From: the human T2T-CHM13v2.0 reference genome, Homo sapiens
Reading direction: 5' to 3' (one strand)
Length of the DNA: 64,000 nt
NCBI RefSeq assembly: GCF_009914755.1
Contig: NC_060928.1
In this document: positions 33,241 to 48,836 of the stretch, piece by piece
Position numbering within the stretch: position 1 is the first letter of the stretch
Layout: each line of letters opens with the position of its first letter
The notes under the pieces: generated by a model
The model's database searches: none
The model's input: only the letters and a program-made list of their open reading frames with translations
Told to the model about the DNA's origin: nothing
Program-made: the position numbers and the translations under genes

Positions 33241-34079
33241 AATTCTGCATGAAATTTTTATTAACCAAAAATTCACTTCTGCACAGTAGATATTTTTAAT
33301 ATTTATTCAAAGAATCACCAAATTATTAGCCTTGCGCAGTGGCTTGCACATCCCAGCGAGGCTTGTCAGAGCCTCTTTGAGGCACAGCAGAGCTGCCAGA
33401 CCATTGCAGGGATGAGGTGACAATGTGCTGATGGGGACCTGAGTGGGATATGGGAGAGTCCAAGGGATAAAAAGACTTCAACATCAAATTTACTGATCCT
33501 GATTTCTGTGCTGTTTCCCTGAAAGCAAACAGGCACTGGGCCCACCCATAAGTGTTGCTTCGCATGAAATGGACAAGGTCACAACAGAGAGATGAGCTGC
33601 AATTCACTCACTCAACAGCAAGGCCATCTTTGCTTGGCCTGAGTGCCTGTGTTCCTGTGCCACGCCAGTTTCAGTCCCTTACATGGCTCTGGCACAACAC
33701 AAAAAAAGAGAGATGGCAAGAGGAGCTGGGCAGGGGACTGAATCCCCCAGGCCGTTACAATGGATTCAGTTCAAGCCAACCCCACACAGGTTCACAGCAG
33801 CCCATACTGCCCAGGGAAGACCGTGACCTCCTTCCCTCCCCAGGGCTCCTTAACATTGACTGAACACTTACTATGCTGTAGGCCTTGCTTTACAAGCATT
33901 GATTCATCTTCACAACTTTAACGAGGAAACTTCTATTATTATGTTCATTTCACAATTGAGAAGAGTGACACATAGAGAGAAGTCTGCCAGTTCAGCAGTT
34001 ACTCTGTGGCCTTACTGTGTGCCTGGCACTGAGCTACATACTGGGAGTTGCAAGGATGAGTTTAAAAAACAGACAAGTT

Positions 34080-34378
34080 GGTCAGGCGTGGTGGCTCACG
34101 CCTGTAATCCTAGCACTTTGGGAGGCCAAGGCGGGTGAATTGCCTAAGCTCAGGAGTTCGAGACCATCCTGGGCAACATGGTGAAACCCCATCTCCACTA
34201 AAATACAAAAAATTAGCCAGGTGTGGTGGCACACACCTGTAGTCCCAGCTACTCGGGAGACTGAGGCAAAGAATCGCTTGAGTCCAGGAGGCAGAGGTTG
34301 CACTGAGCTGAGATCATGCTACTGCATTCCACCCTGGGTGGACAGAGCTAGACGCTGTCTCCAAAAAATAAATAAATA
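34080..34378 (+). mobile_element. Alu (AluS-type)
   Basis: TSD aacagacaagt. Confidence 0.93.
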
Positions 34379-34463
34379 ACAGACAAGTAAATGGCACTGC
34401 TCCTGTCTCATGGAATTTATTTCTTTTTCCTGTTTCATTAAGTCATACAGCAAAACTTGCATT

Positions 34464-34747
34464 TATTTTATTTTATTTTATTTTATTTTAGAGATAGGGT
34501 CTTGCTCTGGGACCCAGGCTGGAGTGCAGTGGCATAATCACAGCTCAAGGGATCCTCCCACCTCAGCCTCCCAAGTAGCTGGGACTAAAGGCACACACCA
34601 CCATGCCCACCTAATTTTTGTATTTTGGGTAGAGATGGGGTTTCGCCATGATGCCTAGACTGCTCTCGAACTCCTGGCCTCAAGCAATTCTCCCACTTTG
34701 GCCTCCCAAGGTGCTAGAATTACAGGCGTGAGCTGCCGCATCTGGCT
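34464..34747 (-). mobile_element. Alu (AluJ-type)
   Basis: Reverse Alu with a short internal deletion. Confidence 0.9.
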
Positions 34748-34909
34748 CACATCTTACTATATCATAACATATATCATGCATGCTGTCTTTCACTTGACGC
34801 TGTACCGTGAGAATTTTCTCATATCACTAACAATTATTTGAAGATGTGATTTTTAATAATTCTTAGCACAACTAGATTGTGCTAATTAACTGTACGGCTT
34901 ATTTGCAGT

Positions 34910-35139
34910 CTGGTATAATGTAGTAGCTAAGAGCGGTCTGAATACCTGCTCAAATCCTGACATTTGCTGCTTCCTAACTGTGTGACGTTGGGCAAGTAAC
35001 TTCTCTCTATGCCACAATCTTCTCAACTGTGAAATGGACATAATAATAGAAGTGTCCTCGGTAAAGTCGTGAAGATGGGTCAATGCTTGTAAAGCAAGGC
35101 CTACAGCATAGTAAGGATTCATTTGGTCAATGTTAAGGA
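34910..35139 (+). mobile_element. MIR
   Basis: ctgtgtgacgttgggcaagtaacttctctctatgccacaatcttctcaactgtgaaatgg is the MIR core. Confidence 0.75.
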
Positions 35140-35886
35140 AGAGAGATGGCAAGAGGAGCTGCGCAGGGGACTAAACCCCCTAGGCCATTACAGCAGATGC
35201 AGTTCAATGTCAAGCAGACCCCTACTGGGTTCACAGCAGCCCATACACCCCAGAAAGGATCTGGACCTCCTTCCCTGCCCAGGGCACTCCTCCCATTCAG
35301 CAGTTATTCTATGGCACAAATCATATTATATCATAATGTATGGTGATTATTTAACAATTCTGTGCTGCTAGTCTTTTGGATTGTTTCCAAGATTTCAGTA
35401 ATGATGCAGGAATTTCATTTGTTATTTTTTTTGTCCTTGTTGCTGATTATTACGTAACACTTAAGATATGGAATTACTAGATCAAATGGTATATTTGAGG
35501 GTTGTAAGACCCTCAAATTACTTGCCAGAAAAGTTCTGCTACTTGGCTGGCCACCAGCAGGGTTTGAAATTACACTTTACCAATTACCACCTGCATTTTA
35601 AAAATCATTGCTAGTTTGGTAACTACTATTAATGCTATCTCACTGTTTCCATTTGCAGTTCTTAGATAACCATTGAGATGGGATATCTTAATTCTTCTCT
35701 TACTCAGATTTTCAGTCCAAATTACTTTATCCAGAGCTAAAAAAATAATTTGCAAAAATGCAGTAGGAAATTCTGCCAGAAACGGAAAACTGAGGCAGAG
35801 GCCAGAAAGGGACTTGCTTAGTCCAGGAGTATCTCCAGACTATATAGAGGCTCGCTCAATGCTAAGAACATTCTAGAAAAACATTA

Positions 35887-36273
<387 letters not shown>

Positions 36274-37014
36274 TTAAGTTTCTTCCAATAATCCCCTGCA
36301 CAGAGCTCTAGGACAGCAGAAACCCCCGGCACAGTAGGATTTTCTGTCTAATGTGCTTTCTTTATCCCCCACGGAGCTTTGCTCCCCACCATCTCTGTCT
36401 CTAAAATGCCCCCCAGTGGCCTTTATTTTACATCTAAGTGATGGTATTACAATAGAAATTGACCTGAAGGGGAAAAAACTTGGACTCAGCACCAGTTTCC
36501 TCCCATGGACAGAGCCTCCGAAACTGACCCTTCCCAATTCTTTTGCCAAGCCCCCAGGAGAGGCTGTCCGTCGCACTTTGAAAGGCAGCATGCAGCCACA
36601 CCATTCACTTCACTTAGACGCTTTCTATTTCCTGAGATTTTAAGCAGCTGTGACTTAAAAACACTCATAGGTGACAGCAGCATATTGCCCAAGTCCCCAG
36701 CTAGACACAATCTGCCACAGAATGTGACCACACCGGGAACACCTCTCCCCAGGCCCCAGGCTATTCCAGAAGGGTGAGTGGTGATATTGCTACCACCCTA
36801 TCATTGCAACAAGTAGAAACTGAAATTAAGAACTAATGGCTTTGGGGCAAATTAAAAATGCAGAAGTCAGAGGCACTGTTTCCCAGAGAGGCCCACTCTT
36901 CCCTCTGAAGTACAGAAAAAAACGGTAAATACTAACCAGCTGCCATCTCACTGAATACCCACAGCCACACCATAAGGGAGATGGTAGCACTCCCATTTTA
37001 CTGATAGGACACTA

Positions 37015-37505
37015 CATCGGTCAGGGACCAGCCAGAAAACAGAACCACTCCAACAGAGGAAATTTAATAAAGAGGATGGGTCATATCAGAGACGGAAAAA
37101 TCCAGAATCCAAACAGGGGACAATGAAGCGACCCAGAGATGAGCAACAGTGAGAAGCCACTGCAACTCAAGGGCTGAGAATCAAAGGAAGAGCCGTGGGC
37201 AGGCCCTGGGGAGCTGCTTCCACCGAGGAAGGAGCCAGTCAGTGGGAGCGGGGAAAACAGAGGAGACGCACCACAGCTGAAGACGTCACCACTGCCCCTG
37301 AGATGCCACTGAGGCAGGAGGGGTAATGGGGATACTGTGCTTCTCCCCTCTCCCCATCCTCCCTTTCTCTACCAGGCCCCCAACTGCCTGACCCTACAGG
37401 AAGCCAGGGACAGGGGAGCCTGGAAAATGTGGTGCCTGACATGCAGACTGGGACTGAGAAGGGCAAGCAATAAATGTGAGAAAAGAGGCCAAAGGCTGGC
37501 CCATT
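37015..37505 (-). mobile_element. Old ERVL LTR fragments (LTR33-like)
   Basis: cagggaccagccagaaaacagaacc... and ...caggaagccagggacaggggagcctgg. Confidence 0.5.
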
Positions 37506-38285
37506 GCTCGTGGTCCCATAACTACGGTGTGGCAGGGCCAGGTAGTGAACAAAGTGCACCTGTGTCCACCAACCTGCTGCATGGAGGAAGCCACCAAGGA
37601 GATGAGAGGCGGACAAAGCAGCAGATGGCAGGAATAAACAGGAGGAGATGTTACCGTCATGCCTCCCTAACCAGAGAATCATACAAACCACCAAGGGTGG
37701 CGCTTGGGTGTGGACCCCGGCTCCCTGACTCATTTGCATCACTTAGTAGGGATGTGCGGGATAGTAAGCTTCTCCAAGGCTGTTTCCCTGTCCACTCATT
37801 CAGCACTTACTCAACACTGAACAGGTGGAGAGGCACTGTGAAAAATAATGCTTCAGGGGGTAAGAGAAACTAATCTTCATCCCTTCTCTCCTCTACGTTC
37901 CTAACCCACCAGGAACAGACAGGAAGGTAGAGGTGAGAAATCAGTTCTGCATAGGCAAGAAGAGGGCAGGAGAGTGAGCAACCCACACAGCCCAAAGTCC
38001 ATGCAGCAGACCCGCCCCTGGTCCATATGTTCCAGTCAGTCTTTATTTACAGTCTCTCCAATCAGATAAATCCGTCCTTCCTCCTATGGTGAGGAGCAAG
38101 TGAGGACCTCAAGAGAGGAAAAGATACATTCCTGCAAAAACCTTCCCATCCTGGAGGCTGAAGAGGTGAATGCCTTAAGGATATACAAGGAAGGATGTAT
38201 GTAAAACCCCACACACACAGCAGATGGCCCATGAATGCCACATATCATTAGCACATTCAGGGACCAAGTGCCAATGTGCAATCTC

Positions 38286-38935
<650 letters not shown>

Positions 38936-39169
38936 TCCAATGTGCAAGCTCAACTCACACTTAGTATGTCCTGCACCCTGTCCATAAGGGATCTCACAGA
39001 CTTCAGTGCAAATTCTGGCTTCTTTCTACACCGGCTATGTGGTTTGGGAAAATAACTTAAACTCTATGATCCTTAGTTCCCTCACCAGATATGGAACTAA
39101 TATCTACCTCACTCAGGTGCTTAGTCCAGGTTCCCTAGAAAACAGCGAGAAACGAAAGCTTATGTGCAA

Positions 39170-40035
39170 ATGGAAATCATCAAAGTTAAAAATTATGTTC
39201 TTCAAAGGGCACCATCAATAAAGTGAAAAGACAACCCACTGAATGAAAGAAAGGTGTGGCAAATCACTTATCTGATAAGGGAATTGTATCTAGAGTATAT
39301 AGAGAATCTAAGAATTCAGTAATAAAAGGATATTATTAAAAATTGAGCAAAGGATCTGAACAGACATTTCACCATATGCAAATAGCCAACAAGTACATGA
39401 AAAGATGCTCAACATCATCAGCTATGAGGGAAATACAAATCAAAATCACAATGAGATGCCACTCCACACCCACTAGGATGGCTATAATCAAAAAGAGACA
39501 ACCTATAATCAAGCAATCAGTGCCGATTTTTAAGAAAACCAAAATTAAGATACCAACTGAATTAAAAATTATGTAATACTTGTGGCACTCTGACAAATGA
39601 GACCTTGAGGTCCTTACTTGCTCCTCACCATAGGAGGAAGAGGATGGACTTATCTGACTGGAGACATGTAAATCAAGACTGACTGGACTGGACATGTGGA
39701 AAAACTAAAACCATCATACACTACCAGTGGAAATGTAAAATGGTGCAGCTGCTTTGGAAAACAGTCTAGTAATTGCTAAAATGGTTGAATATAGAGTCAC
39801 CAACTGATATTCAATAACTCTACTTGTAGGCATGTACCAAAAGAAATGAAAATATATGTTCACACAAAAGGTGAGTTTTGCAAATGTTCACAGCATCATA
39901 ACTGACTATGGCCAAAAAGCAGAAACAATTCACATGTCTAACAACTGATGAGTGGACAAATAAAATGTGGCATAACCATACAATGGAATATTATTTGGCA
40001 ATAAGAACCGAAGTATTGCCACGTGCTGTGTGACA
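39170..40035 (+). mobile_element. Old L1 (L1M) ORF2 3' fragment
   Basis: Peptide ANKYMKRCSTSSAMREIQIKITMRCHSTPTRMAIIKK. Confidence 0.85.
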
Positions 40036-40779
40036 TGAACTTTACTTTCCCGTCATACTTCCATATAAAATTAGAAACAGATAATAAGAATAACAACCAA
40101 TACTTTCTGAGCACTTCTATATGCCAGTCCTTTTGCATGCATTCATTTGTTTAATCCCTGGAGATCATGATAATGTTCCCGTTTCTCATATGACTGAGAT
40201 ATGGAGATGTAAGAAATATTCTCAAGGTTCTACAGCAAGTAAATGGAAGAACTATGTCCAAATTCATGTGACCTGACTCAGGGCCCTTCTATAACTCTAT
40301 ATTGCTTCTAGGTGTAGGTTATACTCACACTGAAAGTTCCAAAGAAAAAGTCACAATTGTTTAATGGAACAGACCACAGCGGGTTCCTCCCCAGTACTCT
40401 GGAGGAGCCCCATGGCATGCTGTTCTATTCCTAGAAGCTGTGTACGCTCTCAGCTTCCAGGAACATGCAGGCTGACCTCCAAGCTGGTGACAGCCCATTT
40501 GGAAGGGGGCAGAAGCCACAATCTGGAATGTAGCAGGAAATTAGCACCTAGAGGCAAGCTGTCTTCAGGCAAGTTCGGGCTGAGGGAAGCTAAAATTCAA
40601 TAAGCCAGGCTTCAAATTACATGTATCTGATCAATTCCCTAAGAAATGATTTCAGCTATAAAGCATACCTGTGAGAACAAACAGATTCAAAAACCTGGTA
40701 GAGTTTTCCAGATTCTGTTCAAGGATAAAGTTTAGAAGATTCCAACAAAGTACCTAACCTAAGTTAAAGTTGTCTGTAC

Positions 40780-43408
40780 ACCATTTCCTCTCCTCTCATG
40801 CTTTCATAACCCCACTCGAATATTCCCTACTCCCCATTACTCTACTGAACTGTTTGTCAAGATCGCAAGGACCTCCCCACAGCTGGGTCCAATGGTCAGT
40901 TTTTATAGCCCTTATCTTACTTGACTTCTCACAGCATTCAACACTGCTGCTCATTCCCTCCCTTCTTGATACTTTCTTCACTTTATTCCTGGGACACCAC
41001 ATTCTTACTTTTTCTCCTACTTTATTGGTTGTTCTCTTTCAGTGCCCTTTTGTTGATTTTTTTTCTCCCTATTATCAGAGAAATTATCTTCTTCTCTTCT
41101 CTTCTCACATATTTAGTGTATTGCCAGTTTCCAATTTATTTCCTCTCTGCTCCAAAGCCACCCTTCATTGACTGTTCTGCAATAATGGAACTGGACTCTG
41201 TAAACATTTCTCCTGCATAGCTGATACAATGTTCAGTTTTGCCAACACAGAGTGTTGGAGGAGGGGGCTTCCTTTCCTGGTTCTGGTGTGCTTCCATATG
41301 GTTCCTGCCACATGGTTACCATGTACATGTGAGGGACATCCAGCAGCACTTCATGCACCCTGGCAGGGTGCTTCCTGCTTCCCCAGTGGCTGTAGACCAA
41401 CACAGGCCCAGGGAACCCAACAAACTCTGCTGTCCAGTGCCATAACTTCTCCATGTCCACCTCTCTATGTCCTACTCTATGTCCACCGCCATACCTTCTC
41501 CAATGAAGCTCAGGTCCCAGCCTTGGGGAGGGACTTGTCTTCCAAATTTGTTCCTCAAGTGCTGTCCCTCGGCACAAGAATATTCTTCAGAGTTCTCATT
41601 AGCCTTTTAGAATTAATCTTTGCTACTCGATAATTCTTTATATTACACTGACCTCATTCACAATACTGCATGGCTTCTGTCTTCTGGACCCTGGCCAACA
41701 CATTCCCTTAGTGATCTCACCTAGTCTCATAACTTTAACTGCTTAGGACCCCCAGATCTCTCAGGACCCCTAGATCTCTCTCTCTCTCAAACACCAGACT
41801 TAATACAACTGCCCACTTAACATCTCCACTGGGGTATTAATAGAGTAAACCTCTATGTCCAAAACAACACTCCAGATACTCCCAATACTTGCTCTATCCA
41901 CAGCCTTCTCTATCACACTTGCTAACTTAATCCATTTGCTCACGTGAAAAACTTTGGGAGACATCACTGACTCTTTTCTCTCTTACCGTCACATTAAATC
42001 CACCAGGAAATCCTCTTGAATCTGTCTTCAAAATATCCACCATTTCCCAATTCTCCTCTCACGACCTCCACTGCTACCACCCTAACCACTGTCATTTCTT
42101 GCCTGGATTCTTGCAAAAACCTCAGTACTATCCTCAACACAACAGCCAGAGCAATCTTTTAAAATATATCATGCCACTCTTTCGCTCAAAATCCTTGCGG
42201 TAGTTCCCAAAATCCAAAACCAAATCCTTAAAATGCCCAACACCCCCTTACATTTGCTATTCCCAAACTGTGCACCAAGGCACTCCAAGGCAGCATTCAC
42301 AGGGACTCTACAGGGTACTTTCCATGTTCTAGGTCATAGAGCAATATCAGTCATATTACTACTATAAAATTGTTAGAACCCAACCACTTGTAAATCCAAA
42401 TCATTAGTTAGTTTCTTTGATGTAGGGGCATTGTAAAAAATTACTGAGACACTAAGGGCACTGTGGGCCTAGAAAATTGGGGGACCCCTACCCTACACAA
42501 TCATCTGTCTGATCTTATCTCCTGAAACTGCCCCTCTGTTTGCTCCATTCTCTGCCCCAGCCAACCCAGCCTCCCTGTGTTCCTCACCCCACCTGGTACA
42601 CTACTGCCTCAGGCTCTTTGCAATGACTGGTTCCTCTGTCTTAAAATGTCCTTACCTCAGATGCCCTTGGCTGCCTTCTACACTTTCTTTCAGATGTGTT
42701 CAAACGTCACTTCCTCACGAGATATTCCATCACTGCCTGTATTAGTGTGGGCTGCCATAACAAAACACCACAGAGTGGGTGGCTTAACAACACACATTTA
42801 TTTTCTCTGTTCTGGAGGCTGAAAGTCCAAGACTGAGGCTCCAGTCAATTCCATCTCTTGTGAGGGCTCTCTTCTCAGCTTGTGGACGGCAGCCTCCTTG
42901 CTGTGTCCTCACACAGACTTTCCTCAGTGCATGCGTGTGGGAAGAAAGTGAGAGGGAGAACTCTGGTGTCTGTCCTCATAAGAACACTAATCCTGTTGAA
43001 TCAGTGCCCATCCTCACGAACCCATTTCATCTTAGTTACTTCCTTAGAGGCCCCATCTCCAAATACAGCCACATTAGAGTGAGGTCTTGAACATACAAAT
43101 TTGGGGGAGACACCCACATTCAGTTCATAACACTACCATTTCTGAAATTGCAATCCCAATCTCCCCAACACTCCTTCACCCCCTTACCTTGCTCTCTTCC
43201 CCCCACAGTTCACCTTTCTCGTACTCTCCAATGAATTCATATTATGAATTCTATTGTTTATTATCTGTCACCCTCTCCCCCATCTAGAATAAAACTCAAT
43301 GATTAAGGGTAGGAGTCTTTGTCTACTTGTTCTTTATGTGTCCCAGGCATCTAGGTTAGTGCCTTGTACACAGTTGGTACTCAAGATTAGCTGTTGAATG
43401 AATGAAGG
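40780..43408 (+). mobile_element. Long L2 3' region, interrupted by an LTR33-like LTR (41117-41700), a probable hAT MITE (about 42255-42490) and MLT1A (42738-43132, minus)
   Basis: L2 motifs throughout, ending ...gttgaatgaatgaa. Confidence 0.75.
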
Positions 43409-43666
43409 AGAAAAAACATCTCCTTCCTGGCCCCTTTTCCCTTTTCATTCTCTTTGCACATCACCAGGGAAGGAAAAGAAACACACCTCAATAATCAATT
43501 AGTTTGAGGAGAGCTGGTAGTCTTCATTCCATTTAGAAACCAGATCTGGTATTCAATAATTAAAAATAATTAATAATTAATAAGCAGCCCAAATTTCCAC
43601 CAACGGATGAGTAGGTAAACACCAGATTAAAAGACTTCCAAGCAGTCCATGATTCTAGCATACTCA

Positions 43667-44074
<408 letters not shown>

Positions 44075-44368
44075 CTACCAGCTCTCCTGAAACTAACTGT
44101 ACCCTCGTTAAGTCTCTTAGTGTGTGGAACTGTTTCTTCATCTGAAAATTGAAAACAACAAGACATGCAAGGTACAGCATGAGGTAATGTGCTCAGGGTG
44201 CTTTCAACAGCTAGACTTGTATACTAGTTCCAGCTGCGCAGCTCTCTAGCTAGGTGACTTTGAACAAGCAGTCCAACCTTCTGAGCTCCCATTTTCTTTC
44301 CTGTAATAGTTGGATAAAATCACCTCGTAGTGGCAAGAATCAAGAGACTTCTCAAAAGTTAAACATAG

Positions 44369-45870
<1,502 letters not shown>

Positions 45871-46156
45871 AGAAAGAAAATACGTGGTAAAGGCCTTTAA
45901 AAACAGCAACTGTCTGGTGACTAGAGATCTGGGCTTAGCTCTGCCAGTTACTGGCAACAAGGTAATGTCTCTCTGGGCCTCAGTTTCCTCATCTGTAAAA
46001 TGATCGGGTTGGATTAAACCACTACTAGTTCTCGACCAGGACAGCCTACATTGGCCATATGTGGAGAGCTGCTTCTAAATGCACAGGGCCATCCCATCAC
46101 CCCCAGATTTTGACATGTCCAAGGCAGAATCAGGCCTGTGTTCTTGTGTTGAAATA

Positions 46157-46162
46157 TTTATT
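46157..46162 (-). terminator. Poly(A) signal AATAAA (distal)
   Basis: tttatt on + strand at the end of the UTR. Confidence 0.75.
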
Positions 46163-46295
46163 TCAGGATTTAAATCCACCCCCTTCTGAGAACATCAGAT
46201 TAAAAGACCTCCAGCAATCCATGATTCTAGTATACTCATCTCTGACTGCTGTATATAAGATGTGATTTGATTAAAGAAGACAGACAACAAGTGCA

Positions 46296-46301
46296 TTTAT
46301 T
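46296..46301 (-). terminator. Poly(A) signal AATAAA (middle)
   Basis: tttatt on +; followed on - by GU/U-rich ttgttgtctgtcttcttt. Confidence 0.65.
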
Positions 46302-46443
46302 AGGAACAACATTCTGAATACTCACGAGTAGTTATCTTGCACACTTAACCCTAGGCCAGAGGACACGGGGCAACCACACAGGAAAAGGATACCAGGACAG
46401 AGTCCATGTAGTTTTGCTTATACCACAAAAGGAGTTAAGGCAG

Positions 46444-46449
46444 TTTAAT
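46444..46449 (-). terminator. Poly(A) signal variant ATTAAA (proximal)
   Basis: tttaat on +, about 430 nt after the stop codon. Confidence 0.5.
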
Positions 46450-46876
46450 TCAAGGATGCGAAAACTACGTCTATGACATAAACATGACATTCAAAAATAA
46501 CTCAGCCTTTAAAATGTCCCCAATACCAACAAATCAACAAAGTAGTCAAGATGACAGCCACTGTCAAGGACAGATGAACAGTCACAAAAGCGATCCAACA
46601 TGACACCGCTATAGCAGGTGCTATGCAGAGCCCTCCCTATGCAGTTAACACAGATCAACGGATGCTATTTGCAGGCCACCAGTCTCGCATGTCTTTACTT
46701 CACATAAATGTATTACACTGTCCTAGGAGAGCAAATGCATATTATGTGAGAGAAAAATAGGACTCATTATCTCGTACCACAAACAGGGGTTACAGAAAAC
46801 ACAAGGCTGGACAAGGCCACACTGAGACAGGTTAGTGACTTTTCTGGCAGGCCCCTCATAGGCACTGAGATGAGGC

Positions 46877-46982
46877 CTAAAAATATGCTGGGGTGAGTTC
46901 CGTCCTTCCTTCTGTGGTTACCACCTGGATTAGGCTTCCTGAGCTCGGTCGGTTTTTCCCTGTGATCCAGTCATGGAAAGTT
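46877..46982 (-). CDS. QDPR: QDPR last coding exon (exon 7, coding part, 106 bp)
   Basis: Translates [34 protein letters not shown] then TAG at 46879-46877. Acceptor ttttattttctgttccag|. Confidence 0.98.
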
Positions 46983-47112
46983 CTGGAACAGAAAATAAAA
47001 GTTTTTTTTATATTCTCAAAGCAAAAATCTGGGCACATGCTGACCTTCACAGTGACGGCTTGTGGGGTGGGGGGAAGGGGTGGCACAGCAGCGACTGTTT
47101 AAAAGCCACTAA

Positions 47113-48020
47113 GGGCTGGGCGCCATGGCTCACACCTGTGATCCCAGCACTTTGGGAGGCCGAGGCGGGCAGATCGCTTGAGGTCAGGAGTTCGAGACCA
47201 GCCTGGCCAATATGATGAAACCCCATCTCTACTAAAAATACAAAAATTGGCCGTGGTAGCACGTGCCTGTAATCCTAGCTACTCAGGAGGCTGAGGAAGT
47301 AGAATCACTTGCACCCGGGAAGCAGAGGTAAGCCGAGGTTGCACCATTGCACTCCAGCCTGGGCATCACAATGAGACTCCGTCTCACAAAAAATAATAAA
47401 TAAATAAATAAATAAAAGCCACTAAAGGTCAGGCATTATGGCTCACCCCTATGATCCCAGCACTTTGAGATGCCAAGGCGGGCGGATCGCTTGAGCCCAG
47501 GTGTTTGAGGCCAGCCTGGACACAATGGCAAGATTCCATCTCCAAAAAATAATAAAAAATTAATAAAAGCCAGTAGGCATGATGGACACATACCCAGGCC
47601 CCCAGTGAGTTCAGTGGTGTACTCATTCTAATCTCTGAGTGGCAGGATTTGGCATAAGTTTAACTTTCATTTTGGTATTTTTCTACATTGTTGGAATTCT
47701 TTTGTGATTTTAAAAGATTCTAATTTGGCCAGGCGTGGTGGCTCACACCTGTAATCTCAGCAATTTGGGAGGCTGAGGCAGGTGGATCACTTGAGCCCAG
47801 GAGTTTTTGAGACCAGCCTGGGCAACTGGGTGAAACCCTACCTCTAAAAAAATACAAAAAATAGCTGGGCATGGCACATGCCTGTAGTCCCAGCTACTCA
47901 GGAGGCTGTGGTGGGATGATTGCTTGAGCCCCGGAGATCAAGGCTAGGGTAAGCCATGATCGTGACACTGCACTCCAGCCTGGGTGACCCAGTGAGACCC
48001 TGTCTCAAAAAAAAAAAAAA
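47113..48020 (+). mobile_element. Alu cluster in QDPR intron 6 (47113-47417, monomer 47427-47568, 47727-48020), antisense to the gene
   Basis: Three Alu-derived elements. Confidence 0.92.
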
Positions 48021-48725
48021 TTGTTTTTAAAGATTTTAATTAGTTCATTCAAAGAGAGAGACACATGCACAATACTTTGCTATATTACCTTCTCATAAAT
48101 TTATGAGAGAAACAGATGCAATTCATTTATTTGGCATTTTTTTAATCAAACATTTATAGAGTACCCACAGCTGCACCAAACAATGGAAAAAGAGATAGAA
48201 AAAAACAGACTATTACAATAAAATGTTAAATACAGTAACAGGGCCTTTCACAAATCTGAGGAGAGGAGCAACTGACCCCACTTGCAGCAGTCAAAAAGAC
48301 CCTCTAAGAAGACAGGAATGAAAAAGGGCAAAAGAAATTCACAAGAAACAAGAAGTAGATGATAATTCTTTAACACAAAACATTTACATTTGAGTACATC
48401 ATCCATTTTGACAATTCACCAGCTGAGACTTCGGACCTTCATTAACTAAAAAGTGCTCAGCATTTCCTTCCTGGGAGACTCCCAGTGCCAATCTGTAACC
48501 TTCTGGGCCAGCGCTGATGTGTAAAGGTCCAGTCATTCAGGCCCCTACTCTGGGGTTTGAACAAGCTCATATGAGCACATGGGCTCAAAAAACAAAGCGT
48601 TGCTAAAACTCTCTAAAGTACTGTCATGTCATGGCCTCATCTCTGGGGACAGGGTAGGGCTTGGTGAGGGAAGGCTCTGAAAGAGACCAGTGCCGTTTGG
48701 TTGTGTAGGGTTTTGTGTGTTGGTT

Positions 48726-48836
48726 ACACATGTTTTTTTGTTGTTTTGTTTTTTTATACTTTAAGATCTAGGCTACATGTGCACAGCGTGCAGGTTTGCT
48801 ACACAGGTATGCATGTGCCATGTTGGTTTGCTGCGA
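48726..48836 (-). mobile_element. Short L1PA 3' fragment
   Basis: tatactttaagatctaggctacatgtgcacagcgtgcagg. Confidence 0.85.

Larger units (their letters stand above)
46140..46876 (-). other. QDPR: QDPR 3' UTR (end approximate)
   Basis: Unique sequence after the stop codon, containing three poly(A) hexamers. End inferred about 15-20 nt past the last AATAAA. Confidence 0.8.

Noticed and set aside
33706-34010. Twin-primed retrocopy of a QDPR read-through RNA
   Set aside because: The A-invB geometry fits, but there is no poly(A) tail or TSD and block C resumes after invB.
35493-35518. 10-bp stem hairpin atttgagggt/accctcaaat
   Set aside because: Isolated in old L1-like sequence; plausible by chance in 64 kb.
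37239-37873. 167-aa and 178-aa overlapping ORFs
   Set aside because: They overlap LTR remnants, resemble no protein I recognise and lack splice support.
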